DNA from: an archaeon
Lineage (GTDB): Archaea; Nanobdellota; Nanobdellia; SCGC-AAA011-G17; GW2011-AR20
Direction of reading: 5' to 3'
Assembly: GCA_043808705.1 (NCBI GenBank)
Contig: JAZDEO010000005.1
Location: 1-56,778, forward strand
DNA: 56,778 nucleotides
A program made the translations under genes and the position numbers. Shown here one piece after another: positions 27,869 to 38,448 of this stretch. The notes under the pieces are model-generated. The model did no database searches and was not told where the DNA came from. It was given only the letters and a program-made list of their open reading frames with translations. Every line of letters begins with the position of its first letter. The stretch's first letter is position 1.

Positions 27869-29293
27869 ATGGAAAACCAAGAAGGTATTACAGTAAAGAA
27901 AGAAGACGACTTCTCAGAGTGGTATACTCAAGTTATTCAAAAATCTGACTTAATAGAATACACAGATGTTTCCGGTTGTTATATATTAAGACCTACATCT
28001 TACGCTATTTGGGAAACAATCAGAGAGTATCTTAATGAAAAGATAAAAAAATCCGGCGTTAAAAATTCATACTTCCCTTTATTAATCCCAGAATCACTTT
28101 TAAAAAAAGAGAAAGAACACGTTGAAGGTTTCAATCCTGAAGTAGCCTGGGTTACTGAAACAGGAGATACAAAACTAAATGAAAGACTAGCCATAAGACC
28201 AACATCAGAAACAATTATGTATCCTGCTTATAAAAAATGGATCCGTTCTTATAAAGATTTACCACTAAGATTAAATCAATGGAATAATATAATACGCTGG
28301 GAATTTGCTCACCCAGTACCTTTCTTAAGATCAAGAGAATTCTTATGGCAAGAGGGTCATACTGCGTTTGCAACAAAGAAAGGAGCTGAAGAAGAAGCTT
28401 TAGAGATTTTAGAGTATTATAAACAAGTTTTTGAGAATTTATTATCTGTACCTATGTTAAAAGGAAAGAAATCAGATAAGGAAAAATTTGCCGGTGCAGA
28501 TTCAACATTAAGCGTAGAAACATTTTTACCAGCAGGAAAAGGCATACAGGGTGCAACATCTCATAATCTAGGACAGAATTTTTCAAAAGTATTTGACATA
28601 TCATTTTTAGATAAAGATAGCAACAAACAATTTGTCTGGCAGAATTCATGGGGGTTATCAACAAGGAGTATTGGTATAATGATAGCCATGCATAGTGACA
28701 ATAATGGTTTAATTTTACCACCAAAAGTAGCTTATAATAAATTAGTAATTGTTCCAATTATATTTGACAAAACAAAAAATACCGTATTAAAGGAAGCAAA
28801 AAAATTACAGAACAAATTAAAGAAATACAATCCAATCTTAGATGATAGAGAAGATTATAGTGCAGGATGGAAATTTAATGAATGGGAATTAAAAGGTATT
28901 CCAATAAGAATTGAAATAGGCCCTAAAGACATAAGCAAGAATCAAGTCATTTTAGTAAGAAGAGATACACTAAAAAAAGAAACAGTAAGAATACAAGACA
29001 CAGAAAAGATAATAGAAAAAACCTTAGAGAGTATACAATCTGATCTGTTTAAAAAAGCTGATAAATTCATAAAAGATAATACACTTGAACCTAAAAATAT
29101 TAATGATTTTAAAAAAGCAGTAGAAGATAAAAGATTAATAAAATCATATTGGTGCAAAAATAGGGAATGTGAAGACTCTATTAAGGAAAAGACAGGAGCC
29201 AAAATATTAAATCTACCTTTTGAAGAAAAGAAAGGTAAATGCATTTATTGTGGTAAAGATGGAATATTAGCTTATTTTGCAAAGTCCTATTAA
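27869..29293 (+). CDS. proS: Prolyl-tRNA synthetase (archaeal/eukaryotic type)
   Basis: FSEWY, IRPTSE, RSREFLWQEGHT, SWGLSTR, C-terminal Zn domain and FAKSY. Confidence 0.96.
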   Translation: MENQEGITVKKEDDFSEWYTQVIQKSDLIEYTDVSGCYILRPTSYAIWETIREYLNEKIKKSGVKNSYFPLLIPESLLKKEKEHVEGFNPEVAWVTETGDTKLNERLAIRPTSETIMYPAYKKWIRSYKDLPLRLNQWNNIIRWEFAHPVPFLRSREFLWQEGHTAFATKKGAEEEALEILEYYKQVFENLLSVPMLKGKKSDKEKFAGADSTLSVETFLPAGKGIQGATSHNLGQNFSKVFDISFLDKDSNKQFVWQNSWGLSTRSIGIMIAMHSDNNGLILPPKVAYNKLVIVPIIFDKTKNTVLKEAKKLQNKLKKYNPILDDREDYSAGWKFNEWELKGIPIRIEIGPKDISKNQVILVRRDTLKKETVRIQDTEKIIEKTLESIQSDLFKKADKFIKDNTLEPKNINDFKKAVEDKRLIKSYWCKNRECEDSIKEKTGAKILNLPFEEKKGKCIYCGKDGILAYFAKSY

Positions 29294-29322
29294 AGAATCT
29301 TGGAGAGTCCTATCAAAATCTA

Positions 29323-31311
29323 TCAGAACATCTCTCTTATCTTATTTCTAAAAACAAGTAATAAAACAAGCATTATTATTAAAACCCACCACCAGCCAAT
29401 CTTTACATAAAATGGAACATCATTAACATTAATGTCAAGTTCTTGTTCTAATTGATAAGGCATTCCATTATTATCTTTATATTCTATTTTTATTTTTCTT
29501 CCACCCTTATAGAAATAATTTCCTTTAAAAGGTATAACAAATTCCTCATTACCATCAAAGTCATTTAAATCAAAAGCTGTATTCTTATTTACTTTAATTA
29601 GTACATTATAGGCTTTAGAATCTGATTTTAATCTAAATTTTATTTCACCTTCATTATTATAAGAGATTACATTAGGATATGTTAAATTTTCAATCCTTAA
29701 ATTAGGACTTTTTAAAACATTTATATCCACATATTCATACTTTGTTATTTGATTATTATTAGCAAGTATAGAATACTCCTTATTGCTTTCGTTAAGTTTA
29801 AATGAGAATTCAACATTCTTTGATTCAGCTATAAATAAATCAATACTTTTACATTCATTTAAAAAACATACCTGTAAGTTATTAAGATTAATATTTCCAA
29901 TATTTTCAATATTACAGAGCAATTTTCCACTCTCATAAGTATAGAAGGTCTCCTTAGAGGGATTGCATAATATCTTTAAATCAAATAAATAACTCTGCTC
30001 TTCCTCTTCTTCTAATTCATCTATCTTATTTTGTGCTTCTTCTAAAGTATATGTATCATAATCGTAATCATACTGAAGACTTTCAGAATCTTGCGAATTA
30101 AATGAATCAATAACTTCAACAGTAGAAGTATAGATATAACCCGGTTCTAAATCATTAGGTATATGTAACATCCAAAAAATACTCTTTTCCTCTTGGGGCT
30201 TTAAAAAGACATCTTGTCTATTGTTTTCTATTAAATCAGGAGATTTTGTTACAAAAACAGATGTTGACATATAAAAATTATTTTCATTCTTTAATTTTAT
30301 CTGTATAGGTACATAACTGTTAGGCCCAACATCATTCTTTAGTAAGATTAGATCTAAGCTTATATATTCTGGATTTAGCTCTCCAGTAGATATCAAATTT
30401 GCTTCAATATCCATATTGACATTTACATCAATATCATTGGCTAACCACCCATAATTAGCACTAGACTCTTTAGCATCCAAACTTTCTTTCATCTTAATAT
30501 GAGATGCATCAACATAACCAAATTGCCCATAAGTAACATCATAAGGTATCCATCCATAATCAGGAAAGTAAACTTCAGCCCAAGCATGATTACCAAAACC
30601 ATTTATGGTATTTGAATAACTTACACCAGAAACAAATTTTGCAGGAATTCCTACTGATCTTAGCATAGCTATAAACAAAGCATTTAATTCATCACAAACC
30701 CCCTGCTTATTATTTAAGACCCAAACAGAATTTTGAACAAGCTCAGCTGTTTGCGTATTCAAATCATAGTTTATGTTTTCCTTTGTCCATAAACCAAGTT
30801 TAAAAACAACCTCATATAAATCATCTTCACCCTGTACTATCTCATTAGCCTGTTGTATTATCTCACTATTATTTGAATTTATATAATCAGTTGACTGTAA
30901 ATAAATATTAATATCATCAGGTAAATCACTTATTATAGGAAATCTTATTTTTTCATCTATTTGCTTTAATTTAAATTCACTTTCTATATCATAATCCAAA
31001 CCATACTGAATTTGATCTACATTTGGATTATTCCATTTATAATAAATATAATCTTCACCTTCCTCTATTTCATCACTATAAATAAGATTCTTACTTGTTA
31101 TCTTTTGAAAATCATCTTCCCTGGGAAAAAACGTTAGATTAGCAAATATATATTCTATATCTCGATTTGATGATAAATAATCAATATTTATAAAAGAATT
31201 TATCTTGCTATTGATATTCAACTGTTTATATTCCTCATATGTTTCATTACTTGCAATAACTTGAGTAACTAAAAACATTAAGAACAGAAACAAAGTAATC
31301 AGTTTTTTCAT
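29323..31311 (-). CDS. Secreted, membrane-anchored transglutaminase-like protein
   Basis: Signal peptide, GVCDE / HAWAEV / WIPYD catalytic triad, Ig-like domains, C-terminal TM. Confidence 0.85.
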   Translation of the reverse strand: MKKLITLFLFLMFLVTQVIASNETYEEYKQLNINSKINSFINIDYLSSNRDIEYIFANLTFFPREDDFQKITSKNLIYSDEIEEGEDYIYYKWNNPNVDQIQYGLDYDIESEFKLKQIDEKIRFPIISDLPDDINIYLQSTDYINSNNSEIIQQANEIVQGEDDLYEVVFKLGLWTKENINYDLNTQTAELVQNSVWVLNNKQGVCDELNALFIAMLRSVGIPAKFVSGVSYSNTINGFGNHAWAEVYFPDYGWIPYDVTYGQFGYVDASHIKMKESLDAKESSANYGWLANDIDVNVNMDIEANLISTGELNPEYISLDLILLKNDVGPNSYVPIQIKLKNENNFYMSTSVFVTKSPDLIENNRQDVFLKPQEEKSIFWMLHIPNDLEPGYIYTSTVEVIDSFNSQDSESLQYDYDYDTYTLEEAQNKIDELEEEEEQSYLFDLKILCNPSKETFYTYESGKLLCNIENIGNINLNNLQVCFLNECKSIDLFIAESKNVEFSFKLNESNKEYSILANNNQITKYEYVDINVLKSPNLRIENLTYPNVISYNNEGEIKFRLKSDSKAYNVLIKVNKNTAFDLNDFDGNEEFVIPFKGNYFYKGGRKIKIEYKDNNGMPYQLEQELDINVNDVPFYVKIGWWWVLIIMLVLLLVFRNKIREMF

Positions 31312-31349
31312 AAAAACTAAAAGGTTTTGTTTGTTTATATAATTTTAGT

Positions 31350-32366
31350 TTATATTAATTTATTGAAATTTTCTATAAACTTATATAAGTCAAATTTATT
31401 GATATTGACTCCGCAAGCAAAATCATGGCCTCCACCATAACCGTCTAAATCTTCAAGAGATTTATTTATTAATTCTGGTAATTTTATTTTACTTGACCTT
31501 AAACTTAATTTAACCCTATCATCTTTAATTCTGCCAACCATAATTATCTTATCTGGATATCTATACATCAATTCATTGCTTAAATCAGCTGTAAAGCTCA
31601 TCTTTGAAGAGGCATATGTAAAAACCATTAATTTGCCCTTTGTTTCAATCTCTAAAGCCTTATCTAACAATTCTTGATAATTCTTATTTACACCCTCATA
31701 ATTTTTGTATATATAACTGCCCTGAGGACTTTTTTTGTCTAAAATTTCATAAGGATCTTTTATCCTGGTTAATATCCTAATGGATTTATTTACCTCAGAG
31801 GTTCTATTCTTAAGTATAAAAGAAAATATTCTAACAAGTTCCCCAAACTTACTTTCAAACAATATTGTTTCTGGTTTTCCTAGATCATTAGGAAATAAGT
31901 CCTTATATTTTTCAGAAAACTCCTTTACACTAGCGAGACAAAAATCACCTATTATCCCTATTAAAGCTATCCATTCATCCTGCTCAACTATTTTGTAACA
32001 CCAATAAGTAACTGGCCTGTTATCTTTACTGTCATTAATTAATGGATTAAAATATTTAACTCCTTTCATGTCTATAATTGGATGGTGATCTATCCAAATT
32101 ATTGGCACATTTATTTTCTCTATAAACTCTTCATCTATTAATGGTTGATCTAATATAACAACGAGATCAGGGCAATATTCCTCAACCCTTCTTAAATAAG
32201 AAATGTCTAATTTAGGAGAGGCTTTTATAACGACACCATTACCTTTATTAAAATATCTTTTAAGCAACAAATAAGAACATAAACCATCAGGATCATCATC
32301 AAAGAAAAATAGAGGATTATCTGCTTTAATCAATAGTTCTTTAATTTGTTCCAGGCTTATTTTCAT
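31350..32366 (-). CDS. DHH/DHHA1 phosphoesterase (RecJ/NrnA-like)
   Basis: DDDPDG, ILD, IDHH, GD, SLRS, GGGHDFACG. Confidence 0.88.
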   Translation of the reverse strand: MKISLEQIKELLIKADNPLFFFDDDPDGLCSYLLLKRYFNKGNGVVIKASPKLDISYLRRVEEYCPDLVVILDQPLIDEEFIEKINVPIIWIDHHPIIDMKGVKYFNPLINDSKDNRPVTYWCYKIVEQDEWIALIGIIGDFCLASVKEFSEKYKDLFPNDLGKPETILFESKFGELVRIFSFILKNRTSEVNKSIRILTRIKDPYEILDKKSPQGSYIYKNYEGVNKNYQELLDKALEIETKGKLMVFTYASSKMSFTADLSNELMYRYPDKIIMVGRIKDDRVKLSLRSSKIKLPELINKSLEDLDGYGGGHDFACGVNINKFDLYKFIENFNKLI

Positions 32367-33945
32367 TTTTCACTTTGTCAAAAGCCTTGTTGATATCATC
32401 TGTAGACCAACCAACACCCAAAAGCTTCTCTTTGATAACTGCTTCTGGAATTTTATAATTTAAATTCTTTTTTATATAACTTTCTATTGTATTATCTTCC
32501 ATACTCTGTTTAGCTTTATTCATAACATCTTTATCTATCTTTATTTTTCTTCTTTTTTCTAAAAAGCCTATTAACGCAAAACTAAATAATAAGAAACCTA
32601 CAGCACTGACTATATAAATTAAGATGCTCCCAAAACTTGTCTTTTCTATCTTTACACACTGATGAGAAACACAAACTTCATCATCACCACATTTAACATC
32701 ATAAGGGCAACTTAAACAAGTTTCACCAGAATCTGTTTGGTTATTACCACACAAACTAGTCATATTATCTTGTGTTTGATTATCTACAGATGAACCACTT
32801 ACTGTAAGCGGCCAAGTAATTGAGCTAGTTGTATAACCATCAGAAACAAAAACAGTTAAATTATAATTCCCTATAGTCTGTACTAAAAAAGTATAACTAG
32901 AATTTGTGCTAACAACCTGGTTATTTAAATACCACGTTACAGTTAAAGGATCATTATCAATATCAGAAAAAGTTATATTAAATACCTGAGGAACCCCAAC
33001 AATTACATCAGGAATACTTAATGGATAAAAAGAAGGTATAGATGGAGCATGGTTACTAGCACTTGAATTAATAACATTTAATGTTATATTATTACTAGAT
33101 ATGTTATATTGACCATCATGAGCAGTAAAAACAATATATTCTGTACCAATCCAATTTAATTGAGGACTAAATATTACATTTTCTCCGTTTATATAAACAG
33201 TTATATACTGTAAACTACTATAGGTGTAATTCAAGGTATTATCAACATCAGAAAAATAATCTCCCAAATCTAATGTTTTATTTGTATTCTTTGTTATAGT
33301 TTGTATACTTATGTTCTCTTCAAAAATAGGAGCATCATTAACACCAGTAACATTTAATAAAATAGGATTAGAACTAACACCATTAGATATAAATATTACA
33401 GTCTCTGAACCATGCCAGTTAGCTGCTTGAGTGAAATTTACAAAACCATTATTCATTATTTGTATAATTACATTACTATTTCCAGAAACACTATAAGTGG
33501 TAGCATTTTTAAAATATATGCTTAAATTAAATGCATTTAAATTAGAACCATCTTCAATCCATGTCTGATTTGATATAACCCCCTCAAATACAGTTATCCA
33601 CACCCCAAAAGTATAATTAGAAGAAGCAAATTCCTTATAATTTGATGTATTGGTTACTAAACAATTCCATAAATAATATCCATTAATTATGTTGTTTTTT
33701 GTAAATTGAGCATAACCTCCAGAAACAAGGTCTCCTGTCTGTGTTTGAAAGGTTCCAGAAATATTTGTATAAAGAGTTATATTATCTATATTACTAGATG
33801 TTGTTGAGCAGTTAAATATTATTGTACGTGAAGTTGCATTTAGTAGATTATTTGAAGGAGAATTTAGATTTATATTAAATTCTTGAGCAGATACAACTAA
33901 TGAAAATAGAAATACTATTAACAAAAGATAAAAATACTTCATCAA
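32341..33945 (-). CDS. Surface protein with cadherin/Ig-like repeats, Cys motif, TM and cytoplasmic GW tail
   Basis: Signal peptide, VNDAP/NHAP repeats, CGN...GETCLSCPYDVKC, TM, LLGVGWSTDDI. Confidence 0.75.
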   Translation of the reverse strand: MMKYFYLLLIVFLFSLVVSAQEFNINLNSPSNNLLNATSRTIIFNCSTTSSNIDNITLYTNISGTFQTQTGDLVSGGYAQFTKNNIINGYYLWNCLVTNTSNYKEFASSNYTFGVWITVFEGVISNQTWIEDGSNLNAFNLSIYFKNATTYSVSGNSNVIIQIMNNGFVNFTQAANWHGSETVIFISNGVSSNPILLNVTGVNDAPIFEENISIQTITKNTNKTLDLGDYFSDVDNTLNYTYSSLQYITVYINGENVIFSPQLNWIGTEYIVFTAHDGQYNISSNNITLNVINSSASNHAPSIPSFYPLSIPDVIVGVPQVFNITFSDIDNDPLTVTWYLNNQVVSTNSSYTFLVQTIGNYNLTVFVSDGYTTSSITWPLTVSGSSVDNQTQDNMTSLCGNNQTDSGETCLSCPYDVKCGDDEVCVSHQCVKIEKTSFGSILIYIVSAVGFLLFSFALIGFLEKRRKIKIDKDVMNKAKQSMEDNTIESYIKKNLNYKIPEAVIKEKLLGVGWSTDDINKAFDKVKNENKPGTN

Positions 33946-35054
33946 ATCACCTCTAATATTTTTTCCAGTATTATCTTTTCTTCATTAGTTTTAATAATAA
34001 ATACCTTTATTTTTGAATCTTTACTTGAGATTATAATACTGTTTCTTTTATTTAAATTATTATCTATTTTAACACTCATGAAATTTAATCTATCTAATAT
34101 TTGTTTCCTTATTATCCATTCATGTTCTCCTACACCACCAGTAAAAGCAATTGCATCAACGCCTTTTAATACAAAATAGTAAGATCCTATATATTTTAAA
34201 ATATTATAAACAAAAACATCAACAGCCAATTTAGCCCTTTTACTCTTCATTTTATCAAGCTCTTTCATGTCTCTACTAATCCCGGAAATACCTAATAATC
34301 CAGATCTTTTGTTTAATAGATTATTTATGGCTTTAAGGTCCATATGTTCATGTTTCATTAAAAAAAGAGGTATTGACGGATCTATACTTCCTGATCTTGT
34401 TCCCATCATCAAGCCTTCTAGAGGAGTAAATCCCATTGAAGTATCTACTGATTTATTATTCTTTATAGCAGAAATACTGCAACCATTTCCTAAATGTAAG
34501 ATGATTAATCTTAAATCTTTTTTATTTAAGATTCTAGAAACCTCTTTTGTCACATAATTATGAGATTCCCCATGAAACCCATATCTTCTTATACCATATT
34601 TTTTACATAACTTATAAGGTAATGCATATGTATATGCCTCTTCCTTCATTGTTTGGTGGAAAGAGGTATCAAAAACAGCATATTGCTTTATTTTAAATCT
34701 TTTACATTCTTCAATAACATGTAATTCAGGATAATCATGCAATGGAGCTAATTCAGCAACTTTTTTTAATTTTTTTAATAACTTATGATTTATCAAAGAA
34801 GCCTTTTTTAGATTACCCCCATGAACAACCCTATGCCCTATAATATCTATTTTTATACCTTTTAATTTTTTAAAGAGAAAGTCTAAAGCCTGAGAAAAGT
34901 TCTTTTCACCTATATTAATTATTTTATCATTTTCCCTTAAGAAAGTTCCTTTAATCCCTATTTTTTCTATATTGCCCTTTGCTATTTCCTCTTTTCCTTT
35001 AAAGACAACATACTTTATTGAAGAGCTTCCAACATTTAATATTAAAGCATTCAT
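33942..35054 (-). CDS. ackA: Acetate kinase
   Basis: LNVGSSSIK, GHRVVHGG, APLH, YGFHGESH, HLGNG, MGTRSG, FTGGVGE, TNEE. Confidence 0.96.
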   Translation of the reverse strand: MNALILNVGSSSIKYVVFKGKEEIAKGNIEKIGIKGTFLRENDKIINIGEKNFSQALDFLFKKLKGIKIDIIGHRVVHGGNLKKASLINHKLLKKLKKVAELAPLHDYPELHVIEECKRFKIKQYAVFDTSFHQTMKEEAYTYALPYKLCKKYGIRRYGFHGESHNYVTKEVSRILNKKDLRLIILHLGNGCSISAIKNNKSVDTSMGFTPLEGLMMGTRSGSIDPSIPLFLMKHEHMDLKAINNLLNKRSGLLGISGISRDMKELDKMKSKRAKLAVDVFVYNILKYIGSYYFVLKGVDAIAFTGGVGEHEWIIRKQILDRLNFMSVKIDNNLNKRNSIIISSKDSKIKVFIIKTNEEKIILEKILEVI

Positions 35055-35055
35055 T

Positions 35056-35865
35056 TTAATTTTTTTTAGCTTGCACTGAAGTTATAGCAGCCAAGTCAAC
35101 AATATCTTGAACTGAACAACCCCTAGATAAATCATTAACAGGCTTCTTTAAATTCTGTAATATAGGTCCTATTGCTTTCGCATTCCCGAGTCTCTCAACT
35201 AATTTATATCCAATATTACCTGAATTTAAATCTGGAAATATTAAAACATTAGCATCACCTTTAATTATTTTAGAACCTTTTTCTTTTGCAACCCAAGGTA
35301 CTAAAGCAGCATCTAATTGAATTTCGCCATCAACAATCAGGTTTCTATCTTTTTGTTTGATTATCTTCACAGCATTTCTTACTCTCTCTAAAGATGGATC
35401 CTGAGAAGAACCCTTTGTTGAAAAACTAAGCAAAGCAACTTTAGCTTTAATTTTAGTTAAATTTTCAAATTCTTTAGCAGAATCTAAAGTTATTTGTGCT
35501 AATTGCTCTTCATTTGGATTAGGAATTATAGCACAATCAGCAAACCAAAATATTTTGTTTTTTAAAATCATTAGAAATGCTCCAGAAACCAACCCATTTT
35601 TAACTTTAAAAGCAAGTCTTGCAGTCATGCCAGAAGAATGTGTAGATCCTGTAATAATACCATCAGCTTGATTATTGTTTAATAATTCAATAGCCTTTTC
35701 TAATCTTTGTTCTAAAGAACCATATTTTAATATTAAAGGCTTGCATATCTTTTCCCTTTCAATAATCTTGCAGGCCTTAATAACTCTTTTTTCAGTTCCC
35801 TCTGGAAAAACAATTATCTTATCTAGCTTTCTCGCCTCTTTTTTTATCCTTTCCAAAATATCCAT
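35056..35865 (-). CDS. pta: Phosphate acetyltransferase (short form)
   Basis: VFPEG, FADCA, SFSTKGS, DGEIQLDAA, FPDLNSGNIGYK, NDLSRG. Confidence 0.92.
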   Translation of the reverse strand: MDILERIKKEARKLDKIIVFPEGTEKRVIKACKIIEREKICKPLILKYGSLEQRLEKAIELLNNNQADGIITGSTHSSGMTARLAFKVKNGLVSGAFLMILKNKIFWFADCAIIPNPNEEQLAQITLDSAKEFENLTKIKAKVALLSFSTKGSSQDPSLERVRNAVKIIKQKDRNLIVDGEIQLDAALVPWVAKEKGSKIIKGDANVLIFPDLNSGNIGYKLVERLGNAKAIGPILQNLKKPVNDLSRGCSVQDIVDLAAITSVQAKKN

Positions 35866-35905
35866 ATAGAAATATTTATATTAAATACTATATATAAACT
35901 TTATT

Positions 35906-36163
35906 ATGGTAAAAATTACAGCACTAGAAATTACAGCAATAATCTTTTTTTTACTAGCCTTAATAATCTTTATTAGAATATCTACTCTTAAGTTTAGAGA
36001 GAGAAGCATTTTTAGTTTAAAATCAAGAATATTTTTTGCTTTATTGTTTCCATTATTTATTGTAATCTTTATTTTGTTTGGTTTTATAATATTTATAATC
36101 TTGATAATTTTATTTCTAATAGTATTATTTTTTCTAATATTTGGTAGGTTTAGAAGACACTAA
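35906..36163 (+). CDS. Small hydrophobic membrane protein
   Basis: 85 aa, 2-3 TM helices, TATA about 22 nt upstream. Confidence 0.6.
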   Translation: MVKITALEITAIIFFLLALIIFIRISTLKFRERSIFSLKSRIFFALLFPLFIVIFILFGFIIFIILIILFLIVLFFLIFGRFRRH

Positions 36164-36931
36164 TACATTATTTACCAATTCTTTTTTAATTTTATCAAAA
36201 TCCTCTAATTCACCAATTATTAAATTTTTTAAGTCAGTCAACCAGATTTTTCTAAATTCCTCAATCCTATCCTTAAAATTTTTAGTATTAAACTTTATAT
36301 TATAAAGAGCTAATTTCTTGTCTATTAATTTATAATCAAAACCTATATTTTTTATTTTAGTCAAAAACCATAAATCATAGACATCTCTAGGTTTTATTCT
36401 TGTAAATATTGCTCTAACCTTTTCACTTAAAATTTCGCTTTCTTGCATAGCAAAAATCTCAAAATTAGGTATATCTTTGTATAAAGATATAATAGATTCT
36501 CTATTTGGTTGAAGCAAGACCTTTTCTTTTTTGCTTATATTTAACGCAATAAAAGATTGTGTTTCTTTATTTCCCTTATAAAGAGGACCATTTAACAATA
36601 ATCTGATATTTATCTCATTTCTATACTCTTTAATGTCTTTTATTTTGCACTTTATGTTGCTAAACATCAAATCAGAGGCTATTTTATTAGACAACTTTTT
36701 TATGTCAATACTTTTTGTTAGTGTAAAATCTAAATCTTCAGAAAATCTATTCAATTTATAAATTTTAAATAAACAAGTTCCCCCCTTAAAAACCAAATCT
36801 CTGCCCACATTTGAATAAATACTAAATAATATAAGGTCTTGCAGATAATCCTTTTCTGCATTCACTAAAGAAAGCCTCTTCAATCTCGCAATATTTTCAA
36901 ATTCATCATAGGCTAACATTTTCAATAACAC
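36134..36931 (-). CDS. abiEii: AbiEii nucleotidyltransferase toxin (type IV TA; likely start ATG 36919)
   Basis: EKDY, VFKGGT, RFSEDLDF, EKVRA, RDVYD. Confidence 0.92.
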   Translation of the reverse strand: MLLKMLAYDEFENIARLKRLSLVNAEKDYLQDLILFSIYSNVGRDLVFKGGTCLFKIYKLNRFSEDLDFTLTKSIDIKKLSNKIASDLMFSNIKCKIKDIKEYRNEINIRLLLNGPLYKGNKETQSFIALNISKKEKVLLQPNRESIISLYKDIPNFEIFAMQESEILSEKVRAIFTRIKPRDVYDLWFLTKIKNIGFDYKLIDKKLALYNIKFNTKNFKDRIEEFRKIWLTDLKNLIIGELEDFDKIKKELVNNVLVSSKPTKY

Positions 36932-37619
36932 CCCATTTTTTATTTTTTTTATTATTTCCTTTAATAGAATAGTCTAAAACAACATAATTAGAATCAATAC
37001 ATTTTTTTAATTTATCATATATATTAATATTTAATTTATAAAATAAAAAACCAAATCTTTTGATTAAGGCTTTATTTTTAATCTTAATTAAATAATCAAT
37101 CATTAACTCTATGTCTATTTCATCTATATTCTTCTTTATAATATCACATATCTCTGAAAATGAAACTCTTTTAAACAAAACAGAATCTATTAAAGCCTTT
37201 TCTTTATTAGCAATAAAAATATCAAAGTTTTGGTATCTCTCTTTATTATATCCAAAGAAATATTTCCCTTTTACAGTTGTAAACACTATTTTTATATCAT
37301 TAAACTTAATCTCTTTCTTCTTTCTAGCTCTTGTTGTTACTACAGAAATATTTTGAGGTAATTGTTCTGTAAGATTATAATAGCGCAAAGCTGACCAAAA
37401 AGAAATATAACAAGGCCAGATAATATTACTGGCTATTACAAAAGGGTCTTTATTTAAAGTATACTTATTTTTTTCTACCTCAAATATCAACCCTTCTTTC
37501 TTAAGCCTATAAACAAGGAGTTTAGAGTAGTTACTATCTTTTTCTGTTATATTCCTTACTGTATTTAAATTGAATACAGGGTACTTTTCTAATTCTCTTA
37601 TCAAGCTTATTTTTTTCAT
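36906..37619 (-). CDS. abiEi: AbiEi antitoxin / transcriptional regulator
   Basis: N-terminal wHTH, YISFWSAL..Y.LTEQLP, EKALID, KRFG. Confidence 0.88.
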   Translation of the reverse strand: MKKISLIRELEKYPVFNLNTVRNITEKDSNYSKLLVYRLKKEGLIFEVEKNKYTLNKDPFVIASNIIWPCYISFWSALRYYNLTEQLPQNISVVTTRARKKKEIKFNDIKIVFTTVKGKYFFGYNKERYQNFDIFIANKEKALIDSVLFKRVSFSEICDIIKKNIDEIDIELMIDYLIKIKNKALIKRFGFLFYKLNINIYDKLKKCIDSNYVVLDYSIKGNNKKNKKWGVIENVSL

Positions 37620-37631
37620 CTTTCAATAGAC

Positions 37632-37657
37632 CATAGTTATCAAATATGATAACTATG
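37632..37657. promoter_or_regulatory. 11-bp perfect inverted repeat, putative AbiEi operator
   Basis: CATAGTTATCA-AATA-TGATAACTATG between the TATA box and the abiEi start. Confidence 0.75.
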
Positions 37658-37727
37658 TACCTTTAGAAGTTTAAAAATCTTTCGATTTTATATTTAACAC
37701 CATTTATTTAACACTTTTTATTTAATA

Positions 37728-38444
37728 CTATTTAGAAGATCTTAAAATTTCCTTTCTCTTTTCTTCAGAAAGCTTTTCAATAGCATATCTTAACATTGTC
37801 CTAGGCATTTTTCTCTTATTAGTTTCAATAAACTTTATTACTGTATCCTTATTCTTGCTTTTAGTAGTTTCTTTTAACATCCAGCCCACTCCCTTTTGTA
37901 CAAGATCATCTTTATCCTCTAGTAATATAGAGGCTATCTTTAAAATGTCCTTCAAGAATAAACCCCTATTTCCTGCTCTTACAAATGAAACAGCACTAGC
38001 TCTTCTCAACCATCTATTTTTGGAATAAGCCCATTTTTCTACCTTTAAAATTAAATCAGGATATTTTTCAATAACACTATAAATCAAATCAGTACACAAA
38101 AAGTCACACCAGGCCCAATTATCTACATATTTATTAAGCCAAGATTCAAAAATCTTAAATGTATCTTTATTAAATTTTTTCTTATAAAAATCCATTAATG
38201 TAAATGCAATAATTCCATATTCAAAATATTTTTTCTTTAAAAGCTCTTCACATAATTTAATTGTTTCTTCATATCTTAGATTCTTATAATTTTTGGCTAT
38301 CTTTCTAGCTATATTTCTTACTATAGGAGTTCTAACACCAATAAAAGTTACAGTTTCCTTAAAATATCTAGTAGCACCTTTTTTGTAATTTAAATCAATA
38401 TTTCTTTCTAATTCTTTTTTAATAGAATTCAATATTTTGTTCAT
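37728..38444 (-). CDS. DNA alkylation repair protein (AlkD-like HEAT repeats)
   Basis: GVRTP, VDNWAWCD, WLRRAS, LVQKGVGWMLKE, LRYAIEK. Confidence 0.88.
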   Translation of the reverse strand: MNKILNSIKKELERNIDLNYKKGATRYFKETVTFIGVRTPIVRNIARKIAKNYKNLRYEETIKLCEELLKKKYFEYGIIAFTLMDFYKKKFNKDTFKIFESWLNKYVDNWAWCDFLCTDLIYSVIEKYPDLILKVEKWAYSKNRWLRRASAVSFVRAGNRGLFLKDILKIASILLEDKDDLVQKGVGWMLKETTKSKNKDTVIKFIETNKRKMPRTMLRYAIEKLSEEKRKEILRSSK

Positions 38445-38448
38445 ATTG

